From: Candidatus Sericytochromatia bacterium
GTDB taxonomy: Bacteria > Cyanobacteriota > Sericytochromatia > S15B-MN24 > JAQBPE01
DNA length: 64,000 nucleotides
NCBI GenBank assembly: GCA_040400605.1
Contig: JBBAPZ010000007.1
Location: 83,485 to 147,484, forward strand
Direction of reading: 5' to 3'
Below the pieces are notes generated by a model. That model was given only the letters and a program-made list of their open reading frames with translations. It was not told where the DNA came from and did not search any database. The translations under genes were made by a program, and so were the position numbers. Below are positions 44,190 to 55,297 of the stretch, in pieces. The stretch's first letter is position 1, and each line of letters opens with the position of its first letter.

Positions 44190-45463
44190 CCAATCACCGG
44201 GTCAGCAGCCTTCGAATCCAATCGGTACAATGGATGGGCGAGACACAATTCACGAACCACCGCGCGTGCCCGTTCCTGCACCAAACCGTCAGCAGGTGCT
44301 CTCAGCACCCTCGCAATTGTCTCCGCAACCAGGCAAACATCCTCACGTCCGAAACCACGCGATGTGATGGCTGGCGTTCCGATCCTGATGCCACTGGTCA
44401 CAAAGGGACTCTGCGGGTCATTGGGAATGGTGTTCTTGTTGACCGTGATGCCCAAACCTCCAAGCAAGGCATCCGCCTCCTTGCCCGTCAAGCCAACGCT
44501 TCGCAAATCAAGGCACAGCAAATGGTTGTCAGTGCCTCCCGATACGACTCGAATTCCCTGCGCCATGAAAACATCTGCCATCGCTTGTGCATTTTGCACA
44601 ACCGCTTGCATATACAGTTTAAAATCAGGCTGCAACGCTTCTTTCATTGCTACGGCCTTGGCCGCAATCACGTGCATGAGCGGCCCGCCTTGCAATCCTG
44701 GAAAGACTGCTTTATCGATGGCTTTCTCCCAACTGGCCTCACACAAAATCATGCCGCCACGCGGCCCTCTCAGCGTTTTATGGGTCGTCGTTGTCACAAA
44801 ATCGGCTAAACCCACTGGGGATGGATGCAAACCAGTGGCGACAAGGCCCGCGATGTGGGCCATGTCAACCATCAAAAACGCCCCGACTTCGCGCGCAATC
44901 CGCGCGAAACAATCAAAATCAATGACGCGGGAATAGGCGGATGCCCCAGCGATGATTAACCGAGGCTTTTCAGCCAGTGCGATCGCCCGCAACACATCAT
45001 AATCAATTCGCTCAGTCTCACTGTCTACCCCGTAAGAGACGGCACGATACTGTAGCCCCGAAAAATTGACCGGACTGCCATGGGTTAAATGCCCACCGTG
45101 GGCTAAACTCATGCCCATGATCGCATCGCCAGGCTTCAATGCAGCCAGAAAAACCGCCATATTGGCGCTGGCACCGGAGTGCGGCTGAACATTGACGTGC
45201 GCCGCACCAAAAAGTGCCTTTGCCCTTTCAATCGCCAAGGTCTCAACAACATCCACATACTCACACCCGCCGTAATAACGCCTGGCGGGTAATCCTTCCG
45301 CGTATTTGTTCGTCATCACGCTACCCTGCGCGGTCATCACAGCGTTTGAAACAAAATTTTCAGATGCGATCAGCTCCAAATGAAACGCTTGACGGTCAGC
45401 CTCTTGGGCGATCGCCTGCGCCACCTCAGTGTCCACCTCAACCAATTTTGACAGCAAGCCCAT
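44186..45463 (-). CDS. glyA: Serine hydroxymethyltransferase
   Basis: [25 protein letters not shown]. Confidence 0.98.
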   Translation of the reverse strand: MGLLSKLVEVDTEVAQAIAQEADRQAFHLELIASENFVSNAVMTAQGSVMTNKYAEGLPARRYYGGCEYVDVVETLAIERAKALFGAAHVNVQPHSGASANMAVFLAALKPGDAIMGMSLAHGGHLTHGSPVNFSGLQYRAVSYGVDSETERIDYDVLRAIALAEKPRLIIAGASAYSRVIDFDCFARIAREVGAFLMVDMAHIAGLVATGLHPSPVGLADFVTTTTHKTLRGPRGGMILCEASWEKAIDKAVFPGLQGGPLMHVIAAKAVAMKEALQPDFKLYMQAVVQNAQAMADVFMAQGIRVVSGGTDNHLLCLDLRSVGLTGKEADALLGGLGITVNKNTIPNDPQSPFVTSGIRIGTPAITSRGFGREDVCLVAETIARVLRAPADGLVQERARAVVRELCLAHPLYRLDSKAADPVIG

Positions 45464-45493
45464 GCCCAAGCCCCCTTTTACAACCGATCCCAT

Positions 45494-45949
45494 TCACTTT
45501 TCCAGGCTAACCGCGTCATTCATGGCATCAAGCATTGCCACCCTCCGACCATGCCGTCCCGGCTCCCCCTCCGTCGCCAAAAACGTTTGAACGATCGCCC
45601 AAGCCATTTCAACACCAATCAAACGTGCACCCAAACACGCGACATTCGCGTGGTTGTGCGCGCGGCTCAAACGCGCGGAGACAGGCTCACTCAATGTTGC
45701 GGCCCGAATCCCAGGTACGCGGTTGGCAGCAATGCAGACACCGATACCGGATCCACATATCAAAATCCCAAATTCAACATCCCCCGCAAGAATCTGACGC
45801 GCTACCAGCGCAGCAGGCTCGGGATAATCGACAGCACCCGCATCACCACCAAGATCCTCAACGACATGGCCGGCATCGCGCAAACGCTGCGTGAGCGTAT
45901 CTTTCAGCTCCCAGCCACCATGGTCACTCGCTATCGCAATCCTGCCCAC
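45494..45949 (-). CDS. rpiB: Ribose 5-phosphate isomerase B
   Basis: ASDHGG, VDYP, CGSGIG, HNHAN, GRHGRRV; start uncertain. Confidence 0.93.
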   Translation of the reverse strand: MGRIAIASDHGGWELKDTLTQRLRDAGHVVEDLGGDAGAVDYPEPAALVARQILAGDVEFGILICGSGIGVCIAANRVPGIRAATLSEPVSARLSRAHNHANVACLGARLIGVEMAWAIVQTFLATEGEPGRHGRRVAMLDAMNDAVSLEK

Positions 45950-46571
45950 ATACCACCCCGCGTCAACACCCAAGCACCCCTAATCAACAACCGGTAACAA
46001 TCATACCGCCATAACATGTCCCGCGCCAAGCACCCCTTGAGCCAGACACCACCATATAACACGAGTTGACCAAGTCGCAGCGCCAAGGGATACCCGATTG
46101 TGACGCCCCGTACGCGCCCAAACCGATCCCGACGTTCGCTTATCACCGCCACGTGTCCATGTGAGCCTGAAAAACCTTCTTGGTAAACAGACATTTCCAT
46201 GGATCATTTTCTTGACCTTGAACAAAAACCACTCATAAACTCCGACAGGTTTCACGACTGCGCGCAACCAACACCCTTCATCGGTTCACCCATCGCAGTG
46301 AAGATCGACATGGCGAAAAAGTCCTCAACGACCTCGGCCAAGTAAGTGTTAAGGGGCGAGGTGACCACCTAGACAGGGTGAGCGGCAAACCACGGATGCG
46401 GCACTGTATACGCCGTTCAGAAGCGCTTTGGTTCTCGGGATGTGCCGTATGGGTGCCAACCACTACACTTTCCAATCGCCCCTTGTCTTGGTGTGCACGC
46501 CTTCCGGTATCTGGCATCGGCATCATTACACCATGAACACGGCACAGCATCCCAACTACCCACGAGCAACA

Positions 46572-47030
46572 TCAACCCCGCACCCTCACGGAATATCCGC
46601 GGGCATTGATTTCACCAGCACGGGCCACCGCTCGCTCCTTTGTCGAAAAAACGCCCAATTGCGCACGATAAGCACCTTCATCATACACAACCAGCGCACG
46701 CACACCCTGGCTTTGTAATGTTTGAATCAATGACTCTGCATCTTCGCGCGCCTCAAATGCTCCCACCTGAACACGATACAACGTTGACTGCTGGCCTCGT
46801 GATGGTTCAACGCCGCCCGGCGAAGCAGGTGGTTCCGTCGGCGCAAACCGAGGCGACGACGCACGCGGAATCGGTTTAAGTGAAGGAAGCCCAACCGGAA
46901 CCTTCGCGGTCACATTGGCGGTTGCGCCATACGTATAATAAAAACCGATTGCGAAAGCCCCCCCGGCAGCCAAACCCACCGCACACAGAAACAAGAAGTT
47001 GGCTACGTACGAGCCTCGTTTGCCCCCCAT
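46572..47030 (-). CDS. SPOR domain protein with N-terminal TM anchor
   Basis: TM, Pro-rich linker, YRVQVGAF...A, YRAQLGVF. Confidence 0.85.
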   Translation of the reverse strand: MGGKRGSYVANFLFLCAVGLAAGGAFAIGFYYTYGATANVTAKVPVGLPSLKPIPRASSPRFAPTEPPASPGGVEPSRGQQSTLYRVQVGAFEAREDAESLIQTLQSQGVRALVVYDEGAYRAQLGVFSTKERAVARAGEINARGYSVRVRG

Positions 47031-47062
47031 CGTATCGCGTGCCCTCCTTGTGGAGCGCCAAC

Positions 47063-49735
47063 TCAAGCACCCTCCCAGCGCGCCAGAGTCTGTTGCACCA
47101 CCTCAAGTTGTCTCACAATCTCCAACGAGCGATCGCGCAGCTTTTGAACAACCGCCACCGGCGCCCGGGCGACAAAAGCATCGTTCGCCAATTGACTGTC
47201 TACCCGGAGTTGCTCTGATTCAAGCGCATTCAACTCTTTGCGCAAACGCGCTATTTCTTTATCCAACAAGTCGCCAAACTGGGTCAATGGCAAGTACAAA
47301 CGCACGACACCCGCCAAACCGGTGGCACATTTCAACTCAGTCACCGCCTGCTCATCTGAGATAAAAACCCATCGCTCGCACCGCGTCATTTTTGCAAGAA
47401 GCGACACGTGCTCCTCCAACAATTGCCGCTCATCCGCACCCGCCAGTACAACCATTTCAGTCACCAGTTTGGCCGGCTCAATCCGCAACTCCGCACGCAT
47501 GTTGCGCACAGTCCGCACGATTTCGATCAACAGCGACACATCCCGTTCAGCCGCCCCATCTCGCCAGACCGCCTGCGGTTCGGGCCAAGCCACCTGTTGC
47601 AAAGACGCCACAACCGACACCCATCCCCGTTGCCCCAGCAACTGGTAAATCTCTTCCGTGATGAATGGCATAAACGGATGAAGGAGCCGCAACAACGTAT
47701 CCAAAACCTCTTTCAGAACCCACCGCACGCCTTCGTCTCCCGAATCCAGCCGGGGTTTGGCAAGCTCCAGGTACCAATCGCAAAAATGATTCCAGGTAAA
47801 TTCATACAAGATCTGTGTGGCAACACCAAATTCATAACGGGCGATCGCTTCCGACACATCATGCACAACGCCCGTCAAACGACTCAAAATCCAGCGGTCG
47901 ATCACCGAAGAAATCACCGCCGGACGCTGTGGCGCCTCTGTGCCGTTCACCGCCTTCATCATGACGAAACGACTGGCATTCCAAAGTTTATTGGCAAAAT
48001 TTCGGTAAGATTCAATTTTCTCTTCGCGGAACCGCACATCCTGCGCACTCGTCCCGGCACCCGCCATCCAAAAACGACAAGCATCCGTACCGTACTTATC
48101 CATAATCAGCAAAGGGTCCACACCCGTGCCCTTCGATTTGCTCATCCGCCGACCCTCTGGATCCAAAATCGTCGCATGAATGATCACATCTTTAAATGGA
48201 ATATCATCAAGAAACTCCAAAGAGCTAAAAATCATCCGCGCCACCCACAAGTAGATAATGTCACGCGCCGTCGACAATACCGACGTCGGATGAAAACGCT
48301 TCAATTCTGCTGTCTGTTCAGGCCAACCCTGCGTGGCAAATGTCCACAAGGCTGAACTGAACCAGGTGTCAAGCACATCGGGATCCTGCACCAACTCCTG
48401 TGAATCGCAATGCGCGCAAGTGCGCGGGGTTTCTTCGACAACGGTCTGATGCCCGGCGGAACAGGTCCAAACCGGTATCTGATGCCCCCACCACAACTGA
48501 CGCGAAATGTTCCAATCCCTGACCTGTCTCATCCAGTCCAAATACACCCCGCCCCAACGAGCAGGGTGAAACTGGATGCGTCCATCCTCCACAGCCGCGA
48601 TTGCCGGCTTGGCCAATTCCGCCATGCGAACAAACCACTGATCAGATAAGTAAGGCTCAAGCACTGAATCACAGCGAGAACAATGCCCCACCGAATGTTG
48701 GTAGTCTTCGATTTTTCTTAAACACCCCTCGTTTTCGAGGTCAGCCACCACCCGACGCCTGGCTTCTTCTCGCGTCAAACCCGCATACCGCCCGGCAGCC
48801 TCATTCAGAACGGCCGACGCACTCAACGTGTTAATTACTGGCAACCCGTGACGAAGCCCGATTTCATAATCATTCATATCGTGAGCAGGCGTGATCTTGA
48901 GCGCACCCGTCCCAAAATCCACTTCGACGTGCTCATCCGCGATAATCGGCACCGCACGATCCGCCAAAGGCACCCGCACCTGACGCCCCACCCACCCGGC
49001 ATACCGGGTATCACCCGGATTAACGGCTACCGCCACATCCCCCAACATCGTCTCCGGACGAACGGTCGCCACCACCAGTTCCCCCTCATCACCCAAAACG
49101 GGGTACGCGACAAAGTATAGTTTGTCATCCTGCACAACCTGACTAACTTCAAGATCAGACAAACTCGTCAAACACGACGGACACCAATTGATCATCCGGT
49201 TGCCGCGATAGATAAAACCACGCTCGTATAAATGCACAAACGCACGCCGCACAGCCTTGGAATAACCTTCATCCATCGTGAAGCGCCAGCGTTTATAATC
49301 CAGTGATGCCCCCAAACGCCGATATTGGCCCAAAATGGTATCGCCGTAGGTTTGTTTCCAATCCCAGATGCGCGACACAAATTCATCACGCCCCAAATCG
49401 TGACGTGTTTTGCGTTCTTCGCGGTAAAGCTTTTTTTCAACCACGAATTGGGTCGCGATACCCGCGTGATCCGTTCCTGGTTGCCACAACACCTCATCGC
49501 CCAGCATGCGGTGCTGACGAGCCAAAATGTCCTGAATGGTACCATTGACCGCGTGACCCAGATGCAAGGCACCAGTGACATTCGGCGGCGGACACGCAAT
49601 CACGAAAGGCGTCCGCTCCGAATTCACGTTGGCGTGGAAGACACCCAAAGATTCCCAACGATCAACCCAACGGGCTTCAACGTCCTTCGGTTCATACTGC
49701 TTCGGAATCTCTGAGACCGTTTGAGCCGGTTGCAT
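47063..49735 (-). CDS. valS: Valine--tRNA ligase
   Basis: PPPNVTGALHLGH, DWNISRQLWWGH, RMSKSKG, C-terminal coiled coil. Confidence 0.98.
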   Translation of the reverse strand: MQPAQTVSEIPKQYEPKDVEARWVDRWESLGVFHANVNSERTPFVIACPPPNVTGALHLGHAVNGTIQDILARQHRMLGDEVLWQPGTDHAGIATQFVVEKKLYREERKTRHDLGRDEFVSRIWDWKQTYGDTILGQYRRLGASLDYKRWRFTMDEGYSKAVRRAFVHLYERGFIYRGNRMINWCPSCLTSLSDLEVSQVVQDDKLYFVAYPVLGDEGELVVATVRPETMLGDVAVAVNPGDTRYAGWVGRQVRVPLADRAVPIIADEHVEVDFGTGALKITPAHDMNDYEIGLRHGLPVINTLSASAVLNEAAGRYAGLTREEARRRVVADLENEGCLRKIEDYQHSVGHCSRCDSVLEPYLSDQWFVRMAELAKPAIAAVEDGRIQFHPARWGGVYLDWMRQVRDWNISRQLWWGHQIPVWTCSAGHQTVVEETPRTCAHCDSQELVQDPDVLDTWFSSALWTFATQGWPEQTAELKRFHPTSVLSTARDIIYLWVARMIFSSLEFLDDIPFKDVIIHATILDPEGRRMSKSKGTGVDPLLIMDKYGTDACRFWMAGAGTSAQDVRFREEKIESYRNFANKLWNASRFVMMKAVNGTEAPQRPAVISSVIDRWILSRLTGVVHDVSEAIARYEFGVATQILYEFTWNHFCDWYLELAKPRLDSGDEGVRWVLKEVLDTLLRLLHPFMPFITEEIYQLLGQRGWVSVVASLQQVAWPEPQAVWRDGAAERDVSLLIEIVRTVRNMRAELRIEPAKLVTEMVVLAGADERQLLEEHVSLLAKMTRCERWVFISDEQAVTELKCATGLAGVVRLYLPLTQFGDLLDKEIARLRKELNALESEQLRVDSQLANDAFVARAPVAVVQKLRDRSLEIVRQLEVVQQTLARWEGA

Positions 49736-49817
49736 GCTGGCTGCCTTCCCTTCAACTGTCAGGCCCCGGCACACACCAGTGAAACCGGGACCCGTTGTAA
49801 CACCTGATCAGGCGTGA

Positions 49818-51119
49818 CTAGGCGGTTTCCCCCTTCGGCCCTTGTTTGCTAGGCTGCGGCTTTTTATCCGCCATCACCAACAACGCGCTGGTGGACCGTT
49901 TCTCGATCAGATCGCCGGTGACCACACACTTCTTCAGATCTCCCCGCGAGGGTGCCTCAAACATCACATCAATCATCACTTCTTCCACGATCGCACGCAG
50001 GGCACGGGCACCCGTCTTGCGACGCATCGCCTCAGCCGCAATGGCAACGATCGCATCTTGTGTAAACTCAAGCTCCACATCGTCCATCGCGAGCAACCGC
50101 TTGTACTGCTTCAGAATCGCATTTTTCGGCTCGGTCAAAATCTTGACCAACGCTTGCTCATCCAGCAAATCTAAAGTCGCGAGAACCGGGATTCGCCCGA
50201 TAAACTCCGGAATCATGCCATATTTGAGCAAATCTTCCGGACTCAATTGACGCAACAAGTCCCCCATTGGCTTCTCCTCGCTAGCCTGTACGGCAGCACC
50301 AAAACCAACCGACTTCTTGCCTGTACGCGCCTCAATGACTTTATCAAGCCCCACGAACGCTCCACCGACAATGAACAAAATGTTTGTCGTGTCCAACTGG
50401 ATGAATTCCTGATAAGGGTGTTTGCGCCCGCCCTGTGGTGGGACATTGGCGGTCGTCCCCTCAAGCATCTTCAACAAGGCCTGCTGAACACCTTCGCCAC
50501 TGACGTCACGCGTGATACTGGGATTTTCCGACTTTTTGGCAACTTTGTCGATCTCATCGATATAGATGATACCTCGTTCGGCCTTTTTGACATCATAATC
50601 CGCAGCCTGCAACAAACGCAGCAAGATGTTCTCAACGTCTTCGCCCACATAACCGGCTTCGGTCAGGGTCGTCGCATCCGCAATCGCAAACGGAACGTTG
50701 ATGACACGCGCCAGGGTTTGAGCCAACAATGTTTTTCCCGAACCTGTCGGTCCGATCAGCAAAATGTTGCTTTTTTGAATCTCGACTTCATCGTCCGCAG
50801 CAGGCACGCTGATCCGCTTGTAGTGATTGTAAACCGCAACGGACAAAACCTTCTTGGCCTGCTCCTGACCCACGATGTGTTGATCCAAAATCTTCTTGAT
50901 GGTCTGCGGCTTGGGTAAATCACGCATTTCCATCGGAGGCGCCTCGGTTGGCTTGCCACCCTCATACAATTCTTCATCGAGAATCTCATTGCATAATTCC
51001 ACGCACTCGTCACATATGTAAACGCCGGGCGCCGCAATCAACTTGCGAACCTGTTCCTGCGTCTTGCCACAAAACGAGCACTTGGGATGACCCTTTGAAT
51101 CGTCGTACTTGGGTGGCAT
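49818..51119 (-). CDS. clpX: ATP-dependent Clp protease ATP-binding subunit ClpX
   Basis: CSFCGK zinc finger, [20 protein letters not shown]. Confidence 0.98.
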   Translation of the reverse strand: MPPKYDDSKGHPKCSFCGKTQEQVRKLIAAPGVYICDECVELCNEILDEELYEGGKPTEAPPMEMRDLPKPQTIKKILDQHIVGQEQAKKVLSVAVYNHYKRISVPAADDEVEIQKSNILLIGPTGSGKTLLAQTLARVINVPFAIADATTLTEAGYVGEDVENILLRLLQAADYDVKKAERGIIYIDEIDKVAKKSENPSITRDVSGEGVQQALLKMLEGTTANVPPQGGRKHPYQEFIQLDTTNILFIVGGAFVGLDKVIEARTGKKSVGFGAAVQASEEKPMGDLLRQLSPEDLLKYGMIPEFIGRIPVLATLDLLDEQALVKILTEPKNAILKQYKRLLAMDDVELEFTQDAIVAIAAEAMRRKTGARALRAIVEEVMIDVMFEAPSRGDLKKCVVTGDLIEKRSTSALLVMADKKPQPSKQGPKGETA

Positions 51120-51312
51120 TTACTCAAAACCTCCGGTTATGTATGAACCCAGGCCTCAAACCGACAGGACGAACTGTCGCCCTGTTCGGTCACTCGCCAA
51201 AGCATCCCCACTACTTGCGCCCGATCTGACACAATTGTACCTCATCACATCGGACACCTGCGACCGCCTTGCGTCTACAATCTGTAACCGGGGACGCTCG
51301 CATCGTTTTCGA

Positions 51313-52695
51313 CTACTCGGCGACAGCTGCCGCCGCGTCGCTGTCAACTTCCACATTCTCCTCAACCGCATCGGTTTTCGGAGCATAGGCCTCCGGGATC
51401 GGCCCTTCAATGATTTGTGCACGCTCGCGTAACCAGTCAAGAATCTTGTTACTCAGGACTTCATCGGCCAAAGCCGTCCAACCACCGGACCGCACCAACT
51501 GTTCCCGCACGGCTGCGGGATCGACACGGTACATGCCAGCGTACTGCGCGACTTCTGCATCCACTTCTTCCGTTGTGACGGACAAGCCTTCCGCCTTGGC
51601 GATCGTTCCCAACGTCAGGCTGGTACGAATTCGCTTGGTAGCCTCGTCGCGCAGACTTTCGCGCCACTGTCCGACACGCTCAGGCGTGAACAAACGCTCA
51701 ACATCCATCCCTTGGGCCTGCATCGCTTGCGCATACTGACGCATCAAAAACTCTGTTTCGCGCACGACCATCGATGCGGGCACATCCACTTCCGCCTTGC
51801 TCAATACCTGATCCAGGATCTGTTGCCGCAACAACTGCTCGCGACTCTCCTCCGCTTCTTCCTGCAACTCTTTCTCTGTGCCTGCGCGCAATTCCGCCAG
51901 ATTCGCGTATTCGCCAACGGACTGCGCAAACGCATCATCCAACTCGGGCAACTGGCGTGCCTGAACTTCCTTAATCGTGACATTGAAAATCGCCGGTTTA
52001 CCCGCCAATTCCGGCGCGTGATACTGTTCGGGGAAATTCACCTCGAACTCAACACTCTCTCCCGCCTTCAAACCAATCAAGTGGTCAACGAACCCATCAA
52101 TGAAACGACCTTGTGCAATTTCACTCTTGTAATCAGTGGCCGTACCACCCGCGAAGGCTTCCTCTTGATCAGCCAGACGCCCGGAAAAATCCATCACGAC
52201 ATGACCGCCCATTTCAACGGGACGCTCCACCGCGACCAACTCGAACTTCGACTCTCGCAACTGTTCGATCTTGCCATCGACCGCAGCCGGATCCAACTCA
52301 ATCTTGGGCGCCTGAGCCGACAACTCAGTATAACTACCCGTGAAGTTCACTTCCGGACGCACCGGCACTGTGGCTTTAAACACCAAAGGCTCCGCCGTTT
52401 CGAACTTCACGATCTCCACATCGGGACGCTCAATCATCTCCAGAGACTGTTCGTGAACTGCGATTTCGAGAGCTTCAGGGATCAACTTCTCCAACGCTTC
52501 GCGCTTGATGTAGTCCGCACCAACAGCCTTCTCAACCAACTGGCGCGGCGCCTTGCCCCGACGGAAGCCAGGAATGTTAACCTGCTGGGACACCTGCCGG
52601 TAAGCGTGCTCAAGCGCCTTCTTCACCATATCCAAATCGACTTCCACTTCGAGATGGACGTTATTTTTTTCTTTTTTCTCAAGGGTGACCTTCAC
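51313..52695 (-). CDS. tig: Trigger factor
   Basis: IPGFRRGKAP; FKBP domain (FIDGF, FPEQYHA..LAGK); GTG start with AGGAGG SD. Confidence 0.96.
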   Translation of the reverse strand: MKVTLEKKEKNNVHLEVEVDLDMVKKALEHAYRQVSQQVNIPGFRRGKAPRQLVEKAVGADYIKREALEKLIPEALEIAVHEQSLEMIERPDVEIVKFETAEPLVFKATVPVRPEVNFTGSYTELSAQAPKIELDPAAVDGKIEQLRESKFELVAVERPVEMGGHVVMDFSGRLADQEEAFAGGTATDYKSEIAQGRFIDGFVDHLIGLKAGESVEFEVNFPEQYHAPELAGKPAIFNVTIKEVQARQLPELDDAFAQSVGEYANLAELRAGTEKELQEEAEESREQLLRQQILDQVLSKAEVDVPASMVVRETEFLMRQYAQAMQAQGMDVERLFTPERVGQWRESLRDEATKRIRTSLTLGTIAKAEGLSVTTEEVDAEVAQYAGMYRVDPAAVREQLVRSGGWTALADEVLSNKILDWLRERAQIIEGPIPEAYAPKTDAVEENVEVDSDAAAAVAE

Positions 52696-52769
52696 TGGAT
52701 GCCTCCTGCACACGCTGCAAGCTAGCGCTCACGCAACAACTGCCCCACCGACATTGCGGGGATTCTAAA

Positions 52770-52778
52770 ATTATAACA
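52770..52778 (-). promoter_or_regulatory. Extended -10 promoter of tig
   Basis: TGTTATAAT on the minus strand about 75 nt upstream of tig. Confidence 0.6.
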
Positions 52779-52887
52779 TGGAGAATTAAACTAGTAATAA
52801 CCAGTGCTTGGCAGTGATCCTTGCCCGCAAATCACCAAGTCGTTAACATACTTGCTTGGCGCAAGGGGCAAGGTATGGGAGGTCAGT

Positions 52888-54384
52888 ATGCAAACAACGT
52901 CGACGTGGATGAACCGGAATGCGGAATCGATGCATCCTGTATCGCTGCCCGACACCCGCCAGCACTTCATCAATGGCCATTGGGTGGCGCACACCGGTCA
53001 ATTCATTCCGAATTTCAACCCCGCCCATGTGTCTGATCACCTAGGTGACAGTCCAGACGGGACGGAAGCGGATGTCGTGGCGGCCATCCAGGCGGCCAAA
53101 CAGGCCCAACACGCGTGGCACAGACTTGGTGCGATCGCACGGGGCCGTGTTCTGCACCGGGCAGCCGAACTGCTCGACACCCACCAGCATGCACTGGCTG
53201 CCCTGTTGACCAGAGAAGAAGGCAAAACCCTCACTGAGTCGGCGCAGGAGGTAACCCGTGCAATCGGGTCTATGCGCTATGCCCAGGCCGAAGGGGTGCG
53301 CATGATGGGTCAGCAGGTGCAGGGCCAGGACCCCCGATCGCTCATCTACACCACGCGGGAGCCTTTGGGGGTGGTTGGCCTCATCACACCCTGGAACTTC
53401 CCAGTCTCGATCCCGGTCTGGAAAATTGCGCCCGCACTGATCACAGGCAACACGGTTGTCTTGAAGCCCTCGCCCTTGACGCCGCTCACTGCGCGGGCGA
53501 TCGTTGACATCTTCACTGCCGCTGGCCTCCCGGCAGGCGTGCTGAATCTGGTGTATGGCGATCGCCTCGCAGGCGAAGCACTCGCATCTCACCCCGACGT
53601 CGCCGCCGTCAGCTTCACAGGCTCCACCCGCGTGGGCAAAGCGGTTTACCAGCAAGTAGCCAGTCACACCGGCCGCTGCCTGATGGAAATGGGCGGCAAA
53701 AACCCCGCCGTCGTCATGGCAGACGCCAACCTCGATCAGGCTGCCGATGCCATCATCGCCGGCGCATTCGGAAGTACCGGGCAACGCTGCACGGCCACCA
53801 GCCGCACCATCATTCACCGCGATATCTACGATGCTCTGATCAACCGGCTTCAGGAACGCACAGCAAGCATCCGCGTGGGCGATGGCCAAAATCCCAGCAC
53901 CACCATGGGCCCCCTCGTGAACGACGCGCGCTTGACTGACGTGCGTGCCCACATCGAAAAAGCCCAGCAAGCCGGCGCGCGGCGACTCTCCGTTGATGTT
54001 CCCATCCCCACAGGGGGCCACTACATCGCCCCCGTCCTCTTTGCGGAAGTCACGCCCGACATGGCGCTGTTTCGTGAAGAAGTGTTTGGCCCCGTACTTG
54101 CCCTCACCCCGGCAGACAGCTACGATCACGCCATCGCACTCGCCAACGACTGCGATTACGGCCTATCCTCGTCCATCTTCACGCGCGACTTGAACACAGC
54201 CATGCGCTACTCGCAAGACAGCGCCGTCGGCCTCGCGCACGTGAATCTGCCCACCACCTACTCTGAACCGCACCTGCCCTTCGGCGGAATCAAGGACAGC
54301 GGCTTTGGCGGACGCGAATCCGGCCTGCACGCCATCGATTTCTTCACCGAGTGGAAAACCACCTACATGAGCGGGCTAGGATGA
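52888..54384 (+). CDS. Aldehyde dehydrogenase family protein
   Basis: ITPWNFP, FTGS, EMGGKNP, GQRCTA, EEVFGPV, PFGGIK. Confidence 0.95.
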   Translation: MQTTSTWMNRNAESMHPVSLPDTRQHFINGHWVAHTGQFIPNFNPAHVSDHLGDSPDGTEADVVAAIQAAKQAQHAWHRLGAIARGRVLHRAAELLDTHQHALAALLTREEGKTLTESAQEVTRAIGSMRYAQAEGVRMMGQQVQGQDPRSLIYTTREPLGVVGLITPWNFPVSIPVWKIAPALITGNTVVLKPSPLTPLTARAIVDIFTAAGLPAGVLNLVYGDRLAGEALASHPDVAAVSFTGSTRVGKAVYQQVASHTGRCLMEMGGKNPAVVMADANLDQAADAIIAGAFGSTGQRCTATSRTIIHRDIYDALINRLQERTASIRVGDGQNPSTTMGPLVNDARLTDVRAHIEKAQQAGARRLSVDVPIPTGGHYIAPVLFAEVTPDMALFREEVFGPVLALTPADSYDHAIALANDCDYGLSSSIFTRDLNTAMRYSQDSAVGLAHVNLPTTYSEPHLPFGGIKDSGFGGRESGLHAIDFFTEWKTTYMSGLG

Positions 54385-54465
54385 TACGTTGGCAGCAGTC
54401 AGTTGCGGCCCAGAGACCGGCCTGGCAGTTTTACACCGGCCCCACGGCCATCACTATGCGTGCCT

Positions 54466-54825
54466 TCACTTGTTTGACTTCAAAGCCAGCAACTGAATCA
54501 CCTTTCTAACAATCTGACCGCTAAAAAACCCCACGCCTAAAACACTTAACACCCTGCCACCAACTTTAAGAGCGGGTGGGACTGGCAACACGGACCATGC
54601 CCACACAGCCGCAGCTGATATGCCTAGATCTTTTACATTGACTTTCAAACCTTTCTGGAGTTCCTTGACCGTGGTGTTCCGTCTTGAGACTTCCAACCTG
54701 TCCAACGCTCTGTCCAAAGCGATCGCACGCGTCTTCTCCATCTCCGCCTTTTCCGACCCCTTCACCCCCGTTGACGCAGCAACCGACACACCCGCACTGT
54801 TAGCAACCGGAGCACTTACAGCCAT
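54466..54825 (-). CDS. Hypothetical small membrane-associated protein
   Basis: GAGGA SD; Ala/Ser-rich N-terminus, two C-terminal hydrophobic helices. Confidence 0.6.
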   Translation of the reverse strand: MAVSAPVANSAGVSVAASTGVKGSEKAEMEKTRAIALDRALDRLEVSRRNTTVKELQKGLKVNVKDLGISAAAVWAWSVLPVPPALKVGGRVLSVLGVGFFSGQIVRKVIQLLALKSNK

Positions 54826-55241
54826 CGTCCCTGAATCCTCTCTCACCATCACCCGCAAACACACAAACTATATCCACCACCGCTCGCTTCTTCTTGCGCC
54901 ACCGGGTGTTATTTTGAGTTAATTTACCGTTAAAGAGGTCATGCAATCCCGAACTGCGAGCAACGGTTGTGGCTTAAAAACGCTAATACCAGACCATTTC
55001 CGGGCTGAGTGCCTGTAGCGATTGATCCCTGACGCAGACTGTTGTTTACTGACCAAAACGAGCCTGTTTGTCGCGACTGGCCACTTCGGATCCGTGCAAT
55101 CCCGGGCGGACTGCGCGATCGCAGCGTTCGCCCTCAGCAGATTACCCAGCCATCATGACCCGCGAGTGTGAAGCGCCCAGTGGTATGTGTCATGACTGGG
55201 CTGAGGGTATCAGAGACCCGGTGCAGGATGCCAATCACGTA

Positions 55242-55283
55242 AAGAACCCCGGGAGCAGGCCAACGCGAGCCCCCAGGGTTCTT
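55242..55283 (-). terminator. Hairpin terminator downstream of typA
   Basis: AAGAACCC...GGGTTCTT inverted repeat 14 nt past the typA stop. Confidence 0.55.
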
Positions 55284-55297
55284 CAAATGACAGCCGC

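Noticed and set aside
45975..46570. Possible riboswitch (ZMP/ZTP, glycine, THF) or gene upstream of rpiB-glyA
   Set aside because: No conserved aptamer motifs recognised; the short ORFs lack SD or motif support.
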